This document shows, in pieces, positions 11,230 through 25,311 of a stretch of 64,000 bases of DNA; positions within the stretch are counted from its first letter, which is position 1; every line of letters starts with the position of its first letter. The notes below the pieces were generated by a model. It made no database searches and was not told the origin of the DNA. It was given only the letters and a program-made list of their open reading frames with translations. Made by a program: the position numbers and the translations under genes. The DNA is from Chrysomallon squamiferum (lineage: Eukaryota > Animalia > Mollusca): the NCBI GenBank assembly GCA_012295275.1, contig CM022678.1:1674001-1738000 (forward strand), given 5' to 3'.

Positions 11230-11410
11230 CCTTTGAGGTCGAGGAGGTCGTGAACCTTTTCGTTGTAGATTTCCATGTAGGACACTTCCACCTTGAAGGA
11301 CAGATTTGCCTTTGATTTCTCTCTGATGTGATCAAACAGCGCGTCACATAGGCGCGGAATGATGCCTTTGTTTTCATTTGTACCCATCATCGTGAACGAC
11401 TTCCCAGAAC
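11230..11410 (-). CDS. KIF13: KIF13-like exon, 181 nt: SGKSFTMMG...KVEVSYMEIYNEKVHDLLDLK(G)
   Basis: (gtt)n gcag|GT ... GG|gtcagt; second half of the P-loop and the SYMEIYNE motif. Confidence 0.95.
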
Positions 11411-11499
11411 CTGCAACAACAACAACATCAACAGTAACAACTACTACAACAATTACAACAACAACAACAACCACAACAACAGTAACAACAACAACAACA

Positions 11500-11572
11500 C
11501 TAATAAGACAGGCGCGGAATGATGTCTTTGTTTTCATTTGTACCCATCATTGTGAACGACTTCCCAGAACCT
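11500..11572 (-). pseudogene. Truncated duplicate of the 5' part of the 11230-11410 exon, with intact acceptor, ending in an in-frame TAG
   Basis: 11510-11570 copies 11350-11410 with 2 substitutions (ACG>ACA, GGC>GAC); acceptor gttacag retained; reads GSGKSFTMMGTNENKDIIPRLSY*. Confidence 0.9.
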
Positions 11573-12232
11573 GTAACAACAACAACAACAGTAACAACAA
11601 CTACAACAACAACAACAAAAACAACAGCAACAACAACACTAACAACAACAACAATAACACTAACAACAATAACAACACCAACAATAAATAATAAAAATAA
11701 TACAACAACAATAATAATAGTATAACAACACTAATAATAATAAAAATTAATAACAACAACAATAATAAAAATAATAACAAATCAACAATAAATAATAAAT
11801 AATAATAAAACAAATAAAAATAACAATAATAAATAATAACAATAACAATAATAATTATAACAACAACAACAACAATAATAATAATAATAAAAGAATAACA
11901 CTAATAACAATGACAATAAATAATAATAATAAAAACAAAACAGCAATTACAACTGAACAGTTTTATGATAAAACCAATCTTAAAAATTTGATTCACATTA
12001 AATTATAACATTATCATTATCAATGTTATGTATTACCACAGAATACTAATTTTATTATTATAATTATTTTAAAAAGAATTTTTAAAAACAATAAAACAAG
12101 ATAGGCAACACAACATTTTAAGAATTTTTTTTTTAAATGGTTTATTTTATACTGAAATGAAAATTAAGAATATAAATGTTTATGAGACACAGTAGTAAGG
12201 TAAAGATAAAAAAATATTGCTGTAATGTTTAC

Positions 12233-12325
12233 CTGTTTGTCCATAAGCAAATATACAGCCATTGTATCCTTCATACGCTCTCTCCAAGATATCATTCCCC
12301 AGACATTCAAATACTGTCTCCTGAT
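12233..12325 (-). CDS. KIF13: KIF13-like exon, 93 nt: [31 protein letters not shown](G)
   Basis: tttacttag|AT ... ACA G|gtaaac; [13 protein letters not shown], first half of the P-loop. Confidence 0.95.
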
Positions 12326-12827
12326 CTAAGTAAAATAAATAAATAAATAAATAAATAAATAAAATAATAATGAAAAAATATACACGTATTTTCATTATTA
12401 TAATGTTGTGTGTGTATATTTTAATTATTATTTTATTTATATTTTATTTTATTTTTTAATAAAAATATTAAATAAATCAGTTAAATTCAAGTTAGTACCT
12501 TCAAAATTTATGTTTTTCTACAAATTTAAAAGAAAGAAAGAAAAAGGAGAGAGAAAATTACGGAGTGAGAAAGCAATGAAAAGAGAGAAAAAGAAACATA
12601 CAGGTAACGACAAACTTGTAACAACAAATTGACTGAAAAGACTGAGTCACTGAACATCCTATCTTGTCAGCCACTGTACACTGATTAATATTGGAAGTAC
12701 TAACAAATACTAACAATTATCATACTGATCTTCATCATCAACATCATTTTCCATTACAAATTACATTTACTAGTTTTATTTGGAAGTTTCTATATTTTTA
12801 CTTATTAAAAAAAAAAAAAAAACTTAC

Positions 12828-12885
12828 TTGCAAATCTTGGGTCATTGTCGCGCATGGACCAGAAACAATGATCAAAGGCGAACGT
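12828..12885 (-). CDS. KIF13: KIF13-like exon, 58 nt: TFAFDHCFWSMRDNDPRFA
   Basis: ttctttcag|ACG ... GCA A|gtaagt; kinesin-3 FxFDHCFWS motif. Confidence 0.93.
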
Positions 12886-13379
12886 CTGAAAGAACATAAT
12901 GTACATGTTAGTCTCATTTACATAATTATTAAACAATATAAAAGCTTGTTTAAATGTAAAAATCTATTTAAAATCATAATTATGACCAGCTAGGTTTTTG
13001 GATTTAGAAGAATTTTTTATTTAAAAAAAAAAATATTGTAATGATGTCAAAAGTTAAAAGAATTATTATATTTTGTTTTACTTTTATTATTTTTAATTTA
13101 AATGTTTGATGTAACTGCAATCAATGTTTTATTTAAATGTAAATGTAATTAAAAATACTCCATTCAGTTTGGATGTGTGTATGAAAGTGTTTTGTTGTTG
13201 TTTGTTTTTGTATTTTATATTTTGATGTATAAAAATCATTTAAATATGAATTCAATCGGCCACCTGTGAAGTTAGAAGAATCAGATCAAACAAACAGACA
13301 GACATACAAAAACACAGACATATGAATACACAAATATACACACAAACACATAAAAAAACATACACATGGTTATATAAAG

Positions 13380-13728
13380 AGACACACACACACATACACA
13401 CACCCACACACACATACACAGTACACATACACACTACACACACACTACACATACACACAGTACACACACACACACTCATCACACACACAGATATTTGTGA
13501 GACACACTGTTAATACATTAAGCTCTACATACAGTACACAAACACACACACAGTACACACACACAGTACACACACACAGTACACACACACAGATATTTGT
13601 GCGACACACTGTTAATACATTAAGCTCTATCTACATACAGTACACAAACACACACACAGTACACACACACAGTACACACACACACACACACACACTCACT
13701 GTTAATACATCAAGCTCTATCTACACTC

Positions 13729-13797
<69 letters not shown>

Positions 13798-13803
13798 CAC
13801 ACT

Positions 13804-13835
<32 letters not shown>

Positions 13836-13953
13836 CTGTTAATACATCAAGCTCTATCTACACTCAAGTTATGAAGAGGATGCTAAGAATGTGGACTCAG
13901 CACTGAGCCAGGTATCCACTCTGCACTACACAGTACACACACACACTCACACA

Positions 13954-14031
<78 letters not shown>

Positions 14032-14117
14032 TTAATACATCAAGCTCTATCTACACTCAAGTTATGAAGAGGATGCTAAGAATGTGGACTCAGCACTGAG
14101 CCAGGTATCCACTCTGC
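13380..14117. repeat. (CA)n-based compound repeat with interspersed cassettes
   Basis: actgttaatacatYaagctctatctac recurs about 5 times between CA tracts; ~90-bp cassette duplicated at 13834 and 14027. Confidence 0.9.
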
Positions 14118-14525
14118 TGTTTACCTGTCACTCGCTGACAGGTGTGATTAATTGTGATTAGCTGCACATACCTGTGTGTTCCAGGTGCGGATCTGTTTAA
14201 TTACAGGTGTAAGGAGAACGAGAAGAAAAGCAGTGAGGAAATGAGAAAGTTGCAGGTGTTTAAAGTTTAAGCAGAGGATGACTGTGGATATTGGGTTAAG
14301 TCATCTGTCTCTATGTGAATGTGTTTGTGGCAGATAAAAATTTTAAAAATTAAAAAAAAAAAAAAAATGGAAAGAATGAGACAGACAGAGAAAGATATGA
14401 GGGGAAAATGAAAAGAAATGAAAATATAATTCTGTTATTACTTCATTTTCTGAAGTAAATAAATTAGTATATGTATATAGACAGAAACAGAACAAAAGAG
14501 AGAAAAAGATACAGATAAAGAGATT

Positions 14526-14528
<3 letters not shown>

Positions 14529-14613
<85 letters not shown>

Positions 14614-14662
14614 AGAGAGAGAGAGAGAGAGAGAGAAAGGAGAGAGAGAGAGAGAGAGAGAG
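14529..14662. repeat. (GA)n microsatellite
   Basis: Near-perfect dinucleotide run. Confidence 0.95.
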
Positions 14663-15088
14663 GGTGCCAAGACAGAAACTAATAATATACATTTATATAA
14701 AATCATAACATACTTTATTAAATAACTGAACAAAACAAACTAAAGCTAATAAATAATAATACTGAGAAAATAAAGCAGATGAAAACAAAATGTCAGAAGA
14801 CATTAACAAAAACAACTAGAAATTGAAGGACAACAATAAAACGTAATACAAGAACTGAAACGTCCACTGACAATGGTCAGATGTTATTACTTTTACTTAT
14901 AACTACTTCCCCAGTCCTCACACTGACCAGCGTAACCATAGCGATGGGCAATAAAAATTATTTTAATTAATTTCCGTGAACGCAGAGATTGTCCAAAGCT
15001 CTGTGAAAGATGTGTGTTATGTCTGCAAGGGTCTCAGACCGCAGTTAATCTTCTTAAGGTGATGCCCAAGGAAAGCCAGCTAGTAACT

Positions 15089-15555
15089 GTACAGTATCAA
15101 ACAGTCTTACAGGATTCTGTTAACTCTTCCTGGTCTAAATCTGACAGTGAAATCAGGGCAGTACATTTAACTCTTTCTGTTCTAATAGTAGATATATGTA
15201 CAGTATCAAACAGTCTTACACGATTCTGTTAACTCTTCCTGGTCTAAATCTGACAGTGAAATCAGGGCAGTACATTTAACTCTTTCTGTTCTAATAGTAT
15301 ATATATGTACAGTATCAAACAGTCTTACACGATTGTGTTAACTCTTCCTGGTCTAAATCTGACAGTGAAATCAGGGCAGTACATTTAACTCTTTCTGTTC
15401 TAATAGTATATATATGTACAGTATCAAAAAGTCTTCCTGGTCTAAATCTGACAGTGAAATCAGGGCAGTACATTTAACTCTTTGTGTTCTAATAGTATAT
15501 ATATGTACAGTATCAAACAGTCTTACATGATTCTGTTAACTCTTCCTGGTCTAAA
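15089..15555. repeat. 109-bp tandem repeat, ~4.5 copies (4th copy has a 20-bp deletion)
   Basis: Unit starts gtacagtatcaaa at 15089, 15198, 15307, 15416, 15505. Confidence 0.95.
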
Positions 15556-16020
15556 ACTAATAGTATGTATCTTATAAACTGCCTTCAACTTTTTATATAT
15601 ATTTTTGTTACTTACTAGTTTGATTATTTCTCAGTTTAATAATCTGTGTATTTGTTATTTATTGTATTTAAATATTTATACTATATGTAAAATGTATAAA
15701 ATAAATGAATGTGTGTGTGTGTGTGTGTGTATAAATCTATTTATTTTATTAATTTACTTTTTTATCTGCTAGTTTATTTATTTTGTTTATATGTCTATTT
15801 AGCATTTTATTTTATTTATTCACGTGCTTAATTAATTTTTATAAAAATAATCAATTATTATTTTACAGTATTACAGTTTTCTTTACCAGAAATTAAACAT
15901 TGCCAGTTTTATTTATTTTTTAAAATATATAATTGTCAATCTGTAGTTAAAAGTTACGTGTTATACTTCAAACACACATACAAAACATATCAGTGCTTCT
16001 GTACGTCAGTGTGTGCATCT

Positions 16021-16230
16021 GTCTGTGACTGCAGTCTGTATATTTAAACATACAAATACAATATAAACATATACAAGTTTTATTCTGTGTGAGTGACTGC
16101 AGTCTGTATATTTACATATACAAATACAATATAAAAATATACAAGTTTTATTCTGTGTCTGTCACTGCATATCTGTATATTTACATATACAAATACAGTA
16201 TAAACATATACAAGTTTTATTCTGTGTCTG
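16021..16230. repeat. ~70-bp tandem repeat, 3 copies
   Basis: gtgactgcagtctgtatatttacatatacaaatacaatataaacatatacaagttttattctgtgt repeated. Confidence 0.85.
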
Positions 16231-16482
16231 GTGATGATAAAATCATGACAGATATCAGTAAAAGCAATCGTTACTAAGTTTGTGTTTGTGGTGTGTCTGT
16301 GTATGTCCACAAACTTTCATGTTTATTTCTACAAATACAACAATATAAACATATATAGAAAATTTTCATCCTTTATGTCTGGCAATGATAAAAATCATGA
16401 CAAATATTAATTTAACAATGGCTATCAATCCTTATATGTGTCTGTATCTCTGTCTGCAAACAGAACCAAAGAGACTACAATC

Positions 16483-16554
<72 letters not shown>

Positions 16555-17356
16555 ATATAGATATATGACATTGTTTTCTCTTTGTTACTGTATTTTATTA
16601 TACAGACATACTTATATCTATAAACATATAAATCTATTTTACTATACATATATGCATATAAAAGTATGTATGTCTGTATAATAAAGAATATTAATGCTCT
16701 GTTTTATGTCTGATAAAGTTAAAAATCATGTCAAACATCAGTTGAAACAAATCTTCTGCGCCAACATCAATGTCATGATATAATTACGCGGGAGCAATTT
16801 GGAATGGAATAAAAACGCCATCAAGTGGACTTGGCATTATAAAGAGTAAATAAATTCTCACGGAGCACATAAAATGCTAATTCTGCGAGTCTGGGGAGAG
16901 AGGAATGTGCACACTGGGGAGAGAGGAATGTGCACAGGGGAATGCAGAGATCAATACACAGTGTGCAGACCCACTGCGGTGTTGTTGTTTTGTCTGTGAC
17001 GTTGTGTGCTGCAGACAGCACGACGATGTTACTCAATCACTGTCAGAGCAGTCAGACATCACTGACAACACGTCTGACATTTCAAAATCTTGTTTTTTTT
17101 AAAAAAACGTTTGTCAGATGTACCAAAGTTTTGAAGCTATTTTCTTTTCTCTCTCACCTTTACTGTTTTCTCTCCATCTCTTTCTCTAGCTCTTTCTCTC
17201 TTTCCCTCACTTTCTATACCTCATTTTTTCTTCACCTTCTCTCTCTCTCTGCCTTCCCTTCCCTTTCTATTTTTCCCCTTTTCCCTCTCTTCATTCCTCC
17301 ATTTTCTCTTTTCCTCTCACTCTTTCCTCTCTTTCTCCTTTCATTCTCTCCCTCTT

Positions 17357-17522
<166 letters not shown>

Positions 17523-18116
17523 AGAATCAGACACCTCTAGTGAAGACAATTAGATTTAATTGTCTAGTGCTGTCCAGTGTGTGTTAAACTGAGAAGATGT
17601 TGTTTTGGTTCTATTAAATTTACAGATGTGTTTTCTGATCTGATTACACCAGTCAAATACTATCAGTACTTTGTCTAAATTCCACAAAAATGGTGAAATT
17701 ATCTTTGTTTGGGGATTTTCTTTTCTTTTTTTTTTTTTACTTCTAATAATTTGTTTATCTGTTAATTATTTGTTTATTTATTTAATTACTTGGTCATTCT
17801 TACATTTTTGGTTTTGTTTATTTCTTTGTTTATTTAATATTATAAACACACACACACACACACACACACACAAATACAATACACACAAACACACAAATAC
17901 ACACACACACACAAATGCACATTCATACACATGAAATTATTTTTAAAAAAATGAACTCAGCAAACAATAAAATATTCATTACTGAATTATATTGTTCTTC
18001 AATGATTTTTAAATTTTGTTTAAAAATAATCATCACAGACAGTCATCATCATCATCATCATCATCCAATTATATTTTAATTTTTCCTCACTCACATTTTC
18101 TCTTCTTTTTTTCTTT

Positions 18117-18151
<35 letters not shown>

Positions 18152-18477
18152 ACTTTGCATAACTGGAAATTTGTTTTACATCAAATTCCTTTTCACTTTC
18201 ATCCATTATTTTTGCTTTTTCCAGTAATGGCTTCTATTAACACAAAAAATACATTAGTCTGATGTAGCTAATGTCTGTCTGTATGTTTGTGTTCATTGGA
18301 TCTGACATTTGCAATTTTGAAATTTAACAAGAAAAGTTCTTTTTTGCTGTAATTTCTATTTGAACGAAAATTGCCTTTTTTTTTTCTTCTAATTCTTTTT
18401 TTTTTTAATGTTCTTACAAGATCAGAAAGGTATTGTTGGTATATGTTAAATAATAATAAAATAATAATATAATAATA

Positions 18478-18512
<35 letters not shown>

Positions 18513-18936
18513 TCAGAATAAAATAAGAAGATGACAAAAACAAAAAATTAATAAAACAAATAAAAAATGAAATAAAAGTAAACAAAAAATAAAGACAAGA
18601 AAAAACAAAACAAAACAAACAAAATAAAAAAAAAAAAAAAAAAACAAAAAAAAAAACAATGAAACACATATTAAATAAACACACAATACAAAAAAACAAA
18701 ACACAAACACAAACATACACTAACAGACACTCATGCTCACACACACACATAACACATACAGATACACACAGACATATACACACACTGACACATATACACA
18801 AACAGATACACACCCAGACACATACTCACACTGACACACAAGGAAATTTCAAGACAGGTTGACAAGGAATAGTGTAAACTATTTAGCATGGTTAGAATGG
18901 GAAAAAAACATAACAATGAAAGATTTAACTACTAAC

Positions 18937-18964
18937 CTTTGTAGTCTTTCGAGCTCCTTCATGT
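18937..18964 (-). CDS. KIF13: KIF13-like 28-nt microexon: (G)HEGARKTTK
   Basis: Acceptor ttttattttcag|A, donor AAG|gttagt; converts the phase-2 end of the previous exon to the phase-0 start of the next; ends in K just before TFAFD, as in KIF13 proteins. Confidence 0.8.
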
Positions 18965-19046
18965 CTGAAAATAAAAAATAAATAAAACCAGTTTAGTATT
19001 TTCATACAAATAATTCAAAATTCATTTATTCATATTGCTACACAAT

Positions 19047-19086
<40 letters not shown>

Positions 19087-19110
19087 TCACAAACATACAC
19101 ACACACTAAC

Positions 19111-19145
<35 letters not shown>

Positions 19146-20109
19146 GATAGATTAATACACAGACATCTGATACAATATAACCAGTGCATTAACAAAGTTT
19201 TGCTAAATTATTATTGTTGTTGTTCTTGTTGGGTTTATTGTTATTGTTGTTATTATTATTATTATTATGATGATGATGATGATGATGATGATGCAGTAAT
19301 AAAAATAAAGAAGAAGAACAGGAGGAGAGACAGATGAAGAAACATACATATAAAAATGAAAATACCAACAGGCCTAATAATAAAAACAGTAATAACAATG
19401 ACATAATAAATGTAATAATAATAATAAGAAGAAGAAGAAGAAGAAGAAGAATTACAAGAACATTAACAATACTATTAATATTAATAAAACTATATCAAAG
19501 TTAATAATGACTGTATTAAAAGGTTACTGCTGATATCAGCTTGGGACTGTTTTACACATAACATTATTAAATATCTCTATTAGTTAACTACACACTATGA
19601 AATATCTCTATTGTCTCTCAGACACTAAACACATAACATTAGTTAACTACACACTATGAAATATCTCTATTGTCTCGCAGACACTAAACACAAAATCAGT
19701 TTATCTCCGTACAGGACATTTATCTTTCAAACAACTTTCCACGGCTCTGACCAATCACTGGATTGAATTTACAGCTGACCGGACACACATCAAACAACTG
19801 TTAACTTTATTACAAAGTCCAATCACAGTGGTCAAGCGACAGGGTGGACTGGTCATTCTTTGACCAGTTCTGTGACCGGGATGGAGAGTTTTTGCGAGGC
19901 AGCAGACACCCGAGCTTTATCAGCGACTGACAGAGTTAAAAACAACTCGTGAATATTCATGAGGGAAATAAGCGAAGTTTGATATTCTCCTCAGCGCTGT
20001 CTGTCAGTGACGATGTTGAATGGGTTGAGACCAAACCACAAATGCGATGTCCACGTCTTGGGAAATGCAGACTGGTTGTAATGAAAGTCATCAATAAACT
20101 TTGATATCA

Positions 20110-20470
20110 GCTGATGAAGTTATTCATCATGTGAGCTCAGTTGATGAAGTTATTCATACAGTGAAATAGTTGATGAAGTTATCCATAAAGTGAAATAGTT
20201 GATAAAATAATTCAGTAAATAGTTGATGAATTAAAAATGAAATATTTGAAACTAAAATAATTCATAAAAATTGAAACAGTCGAAAAATAGTTCATAAAAT
20301 TGAAACAATCGATTAATCAAATGAAACAGCAGTTGATTATTCATAAAGTAATTCATAAAAGTGAAACAATCAATAAAAAAACAATTCATAAAGTAAAAAC
20401 TGATAAAGTAATTCATAAAGTGAAACAACAATAAAAAAGTTCATAAAGTAAAATCTGATAAAGTAATGAG
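20110..20470. repeat. Degenerate tandem repeat (gttgatgaagttattcataaagtgaaata-like)
   Basis: Recurrent ttcataaagt / gttgatRaa motifs at ~28-30-bp spacing. Confidence 0.7.
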
Positions 20471-20991
20471 AGGGTTAATAAATAATTGATGGAACAATCT
20501 ATAGAAAGTTGTTAAAATAATTACTAAAGTAACGTAACAAACTAATAATGAAATGGCTGTTAAAGTAATTTATTTTAATTAATTTATGAACGACATATGA
20601 TGAACTACAGACAGAAACTCACACCCCTACACACATACACACACACTATCACACATACACACACATACACACTATCACACATACACACACACCTACATTG
20701 ACACTAATGTTTCAAACTGCAAAGCCTTGTAAGATTAACAGATCAACCAGTTAAGACACAACACAGCAATTCAACCAAACACTTCTGGCTTATTTATTAC
20801 ATTGGACTCCCACATCTCTAACACCTCACTACAAAAACACAGTTCTACTCTGTCTAATCTCTGTCTAATCTCTGTCTGACTTGCATCACACTGTCTCACA
20901 CTGTCTCACACTGTCTCACACTGAATCTGTGAACTGTTCATAGACACCCAACTGTCCAGTTCTTCCTGGGCACCCATTCAACTTAATCAAG

Positions 20992-21150
<159 letters not shown>

Positions 21151-21493
21151 CCCACCCAAGTCTGAATTTCTCATAGACACCCATTCCTAGACTCGTGTTC
21201 CTGGTAGGATCATTAAAAGCTGAGGCAGCTTAGAAGCTTAACAGTGTCGGAAATTACAACAGTTTCATTACGAATCCCTCAGCACAGGTCGCTGGAGGAA
21301 ATGATCCCAGAGTTTCAGCTCTGGTCAGTGTGAGTGTCTATTGATGACCACAGGTCAGAGAAATGTGTTTGATACTCGGACCATATTTAATTAGAAACAC
21401 GCATAAAATTTTGTTATAACCAATTGTTAGCAAATTAAAAATCAATGAGTTGTTTTATGGTCTTCTCATACAAACTGGGAGAATTGGTTAATT

Positions 21494-21556
<63 letters not shown>

Positions 21557-22032
21557 CTCTTTGTCTCTCTCTCTCATTTTCTTTCTTCTCTCTCTTTTTC
21601 TCTCTTCCTTTTCATTAATTTCTGTGTCTCTATATCTGTCTCTTTTTTTCTATCAAAATGTGCAATAAATATTAAAACAGATCATTCACATACACAGACA
21701 CACCCACACTCATGTACAAAAACACACATACTCACACACCAACACACAGATACACAATCACCATCTTTAGATAACTATATGCTGTGACACACATTTAGAT
21801 ACACATCAGACTGTTTAGTTCTCTCAGTACACTTTCTGTTACTCTGCAGTCAGTAACTTCTGTTATATTTCAACAACATCTGTATAGTCAGCAAACATGA
21901 CTAGTAATAATAACAACAACAAAATAAAACATGAAAAGAATAATGTTATTTACACAAAGTACTTTTGTAAACTTAGTTCCTTAAGATAGCTGCTAAAATT
22001 ATACACTAATAATAATAATTAAAATAGTAGTA

Positions 22033-22076
<44 letters not shown>

Positions 22077-23430
22077 TAATAATTTTAATTTGATAAAAAT
22101 CAATAAAGTAATTAATAAAAAGTAAAAAAAATAAAAAATAACTAAAATTAATATAAAAAAAATAAGTAAAAAAAATAAATAAATAATAATAATAAGAAGA
22201 AAAATAATGAAAAAGGTGTTAAAAAAAAAAAAAAAAATACATTAAATAACAACAATAATAATTAGAAGAAGAAGAAGAAGAAGAAGAAGAATCTGAAATA
22301 AGAAAAGAATGATATCCAATAAGCCTGTGAAGAAAAACATCTGTAGACTGTATACAGAAGAAATTAAAAATAAAAAAAATAATAATCAGTCTTCTGGGAA
22401 TGATTCCTGGTGACTTCATCACAAACAACAAAGGTGAAAACTGGACAGAAATAAATACATGATATACCAAACGTTACAATAATCACTTCTTTCAAGCTGG
22501 TTTGTGCTCCAGATCTGATAGAGAAGCTAAAATAACTTGGGAAGAGGCTCACATTTCTAGTGCAGAGAAGCCAAAGTGACTGGAAGAGAAGATGAATTTA
22601 CTGGAGAAGGTAAAATCACTGCAGGATGGGATTACTGATTGTTTCTGTGTGTATGGCCACTTCAGAAAGTGGGAGAGGGAAGGAAATGATTATTAATTAT
22701 AAACAGCAAGTCCAGACACTGGAAAAATACTCCTTGAGACTGATGTCCAGTGTAAGGTTTCCTAATTTTGACTGGATGGCTTGAAATTTTTAAATGTCAT
22801 CGCTTCAGTGCTGGTTTCAAGTTAAACTCTTGATGGCAATGTTATTTTTAGTATCGTTTGTTTCACGAAATGAAGAATTAATAACTGTAAAAGTTTGTTT
22901 GGTTTCTTGTTTATTAATTTATTATTATTGTCTTGTTGTTGCTGGTGCTATTTATTTATTTTTTTATTTTTTTATTTATTATTATTATTATTTGTTATTA
23001 TTATTATTTTTTTAAATATAATGTCTTTGGAATAGATTTAAAACAATATCTGATAATACTTTCATTGTAAAGAAAAAACAACATCAGTGATGACAATGAT
23101 GATGATGATGATGATAATTTTAATAACAACAGCAACAACAACAACAACAGTAATAAAGTAATCAATAATAAAATAGTTGTGGAGTAGATTTGTGAAATAC
23201 CCGAGATGGAGTTGAAAATGAAAAAATCAATGATTATATTATTTTAAACTTCATTGCCTCAACATGACATTCTATCCATTATTGGAAATTAAATAATCAA
23301 TACTTGTCAAGTTTCTAATATGGTTTCAACAACGATTACCAGAAAAAGAAAAAAAAAAACATAATTTTTTGTTTTTAAAATTTAAATTAAAAAATAAATA
23401 AAATAAATAAATAAAATAATAAAATAATAA

Positions 23431-23481
<51 letters not shown>

Positions 23482-24092
23482 AAAAAAAGCTGATACATAT
23501 AACAATTTGAAATAACATAAAATACTTATGAATTTAAAATTAATGATGAAATCAATAATTTATCATTTCCAAACATCAGTGTCCTGCAAAAATCTTCATA
23601 TTTTGTAAATTAAAGATTTACTGATATCAGTTATAAAGAAATAAATTTAAATAAAAAAAATATTTTTTTATTAAAATTTGTTTTTATTTTTAATTTTTAA
23701 TTTCTTAGACTCATAACATGAAAGAAAAAAGTCATGAATCTTATATATATATATATATATATATGTAAATATATATATTTTTTTTTTCCAAACATTTAGT
23801 AAATCATAAAAATGTTTTGAAAATTCAGAATAGTTGGAATGGGATACTTAGTTAATATCCATACAAGAAATAAAAAGTGAAAACCTCTGTGTTCACGTAC
23901 AATGGTTCTTTTTATAATTAAATTAAATTAAATTTAAATAAATAAGTAATAAATAAATAAATAAATAAATAAGCATCAATTTTTATTTTTATTACTATGA
24001 GAAAGGAGGGTTTTATACGCAGGGAAACACTTACAAACATGGTTAGAATGGGAAAAAGCTCTATGAGTGCATGAAATGTGATTCTTCCTTTA

Positions 24093-24140
24093 GATTCGTT
24101 ATCTACCAGGCAAGCAGTCTAACCACTGAACCACATGTCT
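24093..24140 (-). mobile_element. Possible decayed 5' head of a tRNA-derived SINE
   Basis: Minus strand reads tgtggttcagtggttagactgcttgcct...cgaatc: A-box-like TGGTTCAGTGG plus a degenerate B-box end; no full cloverleaf. Confidence 0.3.
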
Positions 24141-25311
24141 TACATTAGTAAACACATTACAGAGAGTTAGTAAATACCACTAGAAGATTTAAGTCAGTAA
24201 ATACCACTAGAAGATTTAAGTTAGCAAATACTGGAGGCTGACCTGTGGTCAGTTATTCACTGTCATTTTACTTGGTCAAAAGTAAAAATGTTTTGTTGAT
24301 CAATGTACAGTTTGTTTTAGATATCTCTTTTCACAACATGTTCTTTAATATACGTGTTAAATCAAAGTGGCTTACAGTCTTGTAAGTTTTTAGTAATTAA
24401 GTACATAAGTAAGTGGTAAGTAAGTAAGTAAATAAATAATAATAATAATAATCAATTAAACAACAACTATAATTATAAATAGATAAATAACTAACTAACC
24501 AAAATAAATAAATATATAAATAAAATACAAAATAATATTTTAAAAAAAGAAAGAAAGAAAACAAAAATAAATGATAAATTTTTCTCATTTTCTTTTTTCA
24601 GTACACAGACTACAAAGAAAAAAAAAAAAACATTAAAAAAAAGTTATATTTCTCCTGAATCAATTTTTCTCACAGAATTATTTTTATCTGAATCCATCAC
24701 ATATCTAATCAAACACATCCACAAATTTCATTCTTCTTCTTCTTCTTCGTTTTTCAGTTTTTTTCATTTACAATTCCAAACAAACCATTCATTTCAGCAA
24801 AAAACAATTTTTAATATTTTACAAGAAAAAAGAAAAAAACAAGAAAAAAGAAAACAGAAAAAAGAGTGAAGAATGAAACTCAGCAATCAAACACCAAGCT
24901 TTTCTCTTTGTCGTGGCTGCCAGTGAAGGAATGACTGTAAATTAGCAATTCAAGACTGGGAGTTTGCTGTGAAATAAAAAAAGATAATGAATACAGTTAT
25001 TTTGTCTCACAAATTAGCCAGCAAGCGGCTCAATGGAGGGCAAATTGCTCTTCCCAGGGCTAAACGTTGTCCATGCTGTTCTCTGAAATCAATACACAGA
25101 TCTATGAGACGAAATCGCAGATCGATCGCGGGTCATCGGAGGTCAGTGTACGTCTAAGATTTGTGAATGTCCGAGCTTGTTACGAGCAGAGCAACAATCA
25201 GGAGTCCGGACTAGAAAATATGACAGGACAAGAAAGAAGCTAATCAAACACTGCAGAGAATAAATGAAAACAGTGGCTTCCTCTGTTTGCTGGGATATGA
25301 TTAATGTTGCT

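Noticed and set aside
24093-24140. tRNA gene
   Set aside because: Only an A-box-like stretch; no acceptor stem, anticodon arm or intact T-loop. Kept only as a low-confidence SINE relic.
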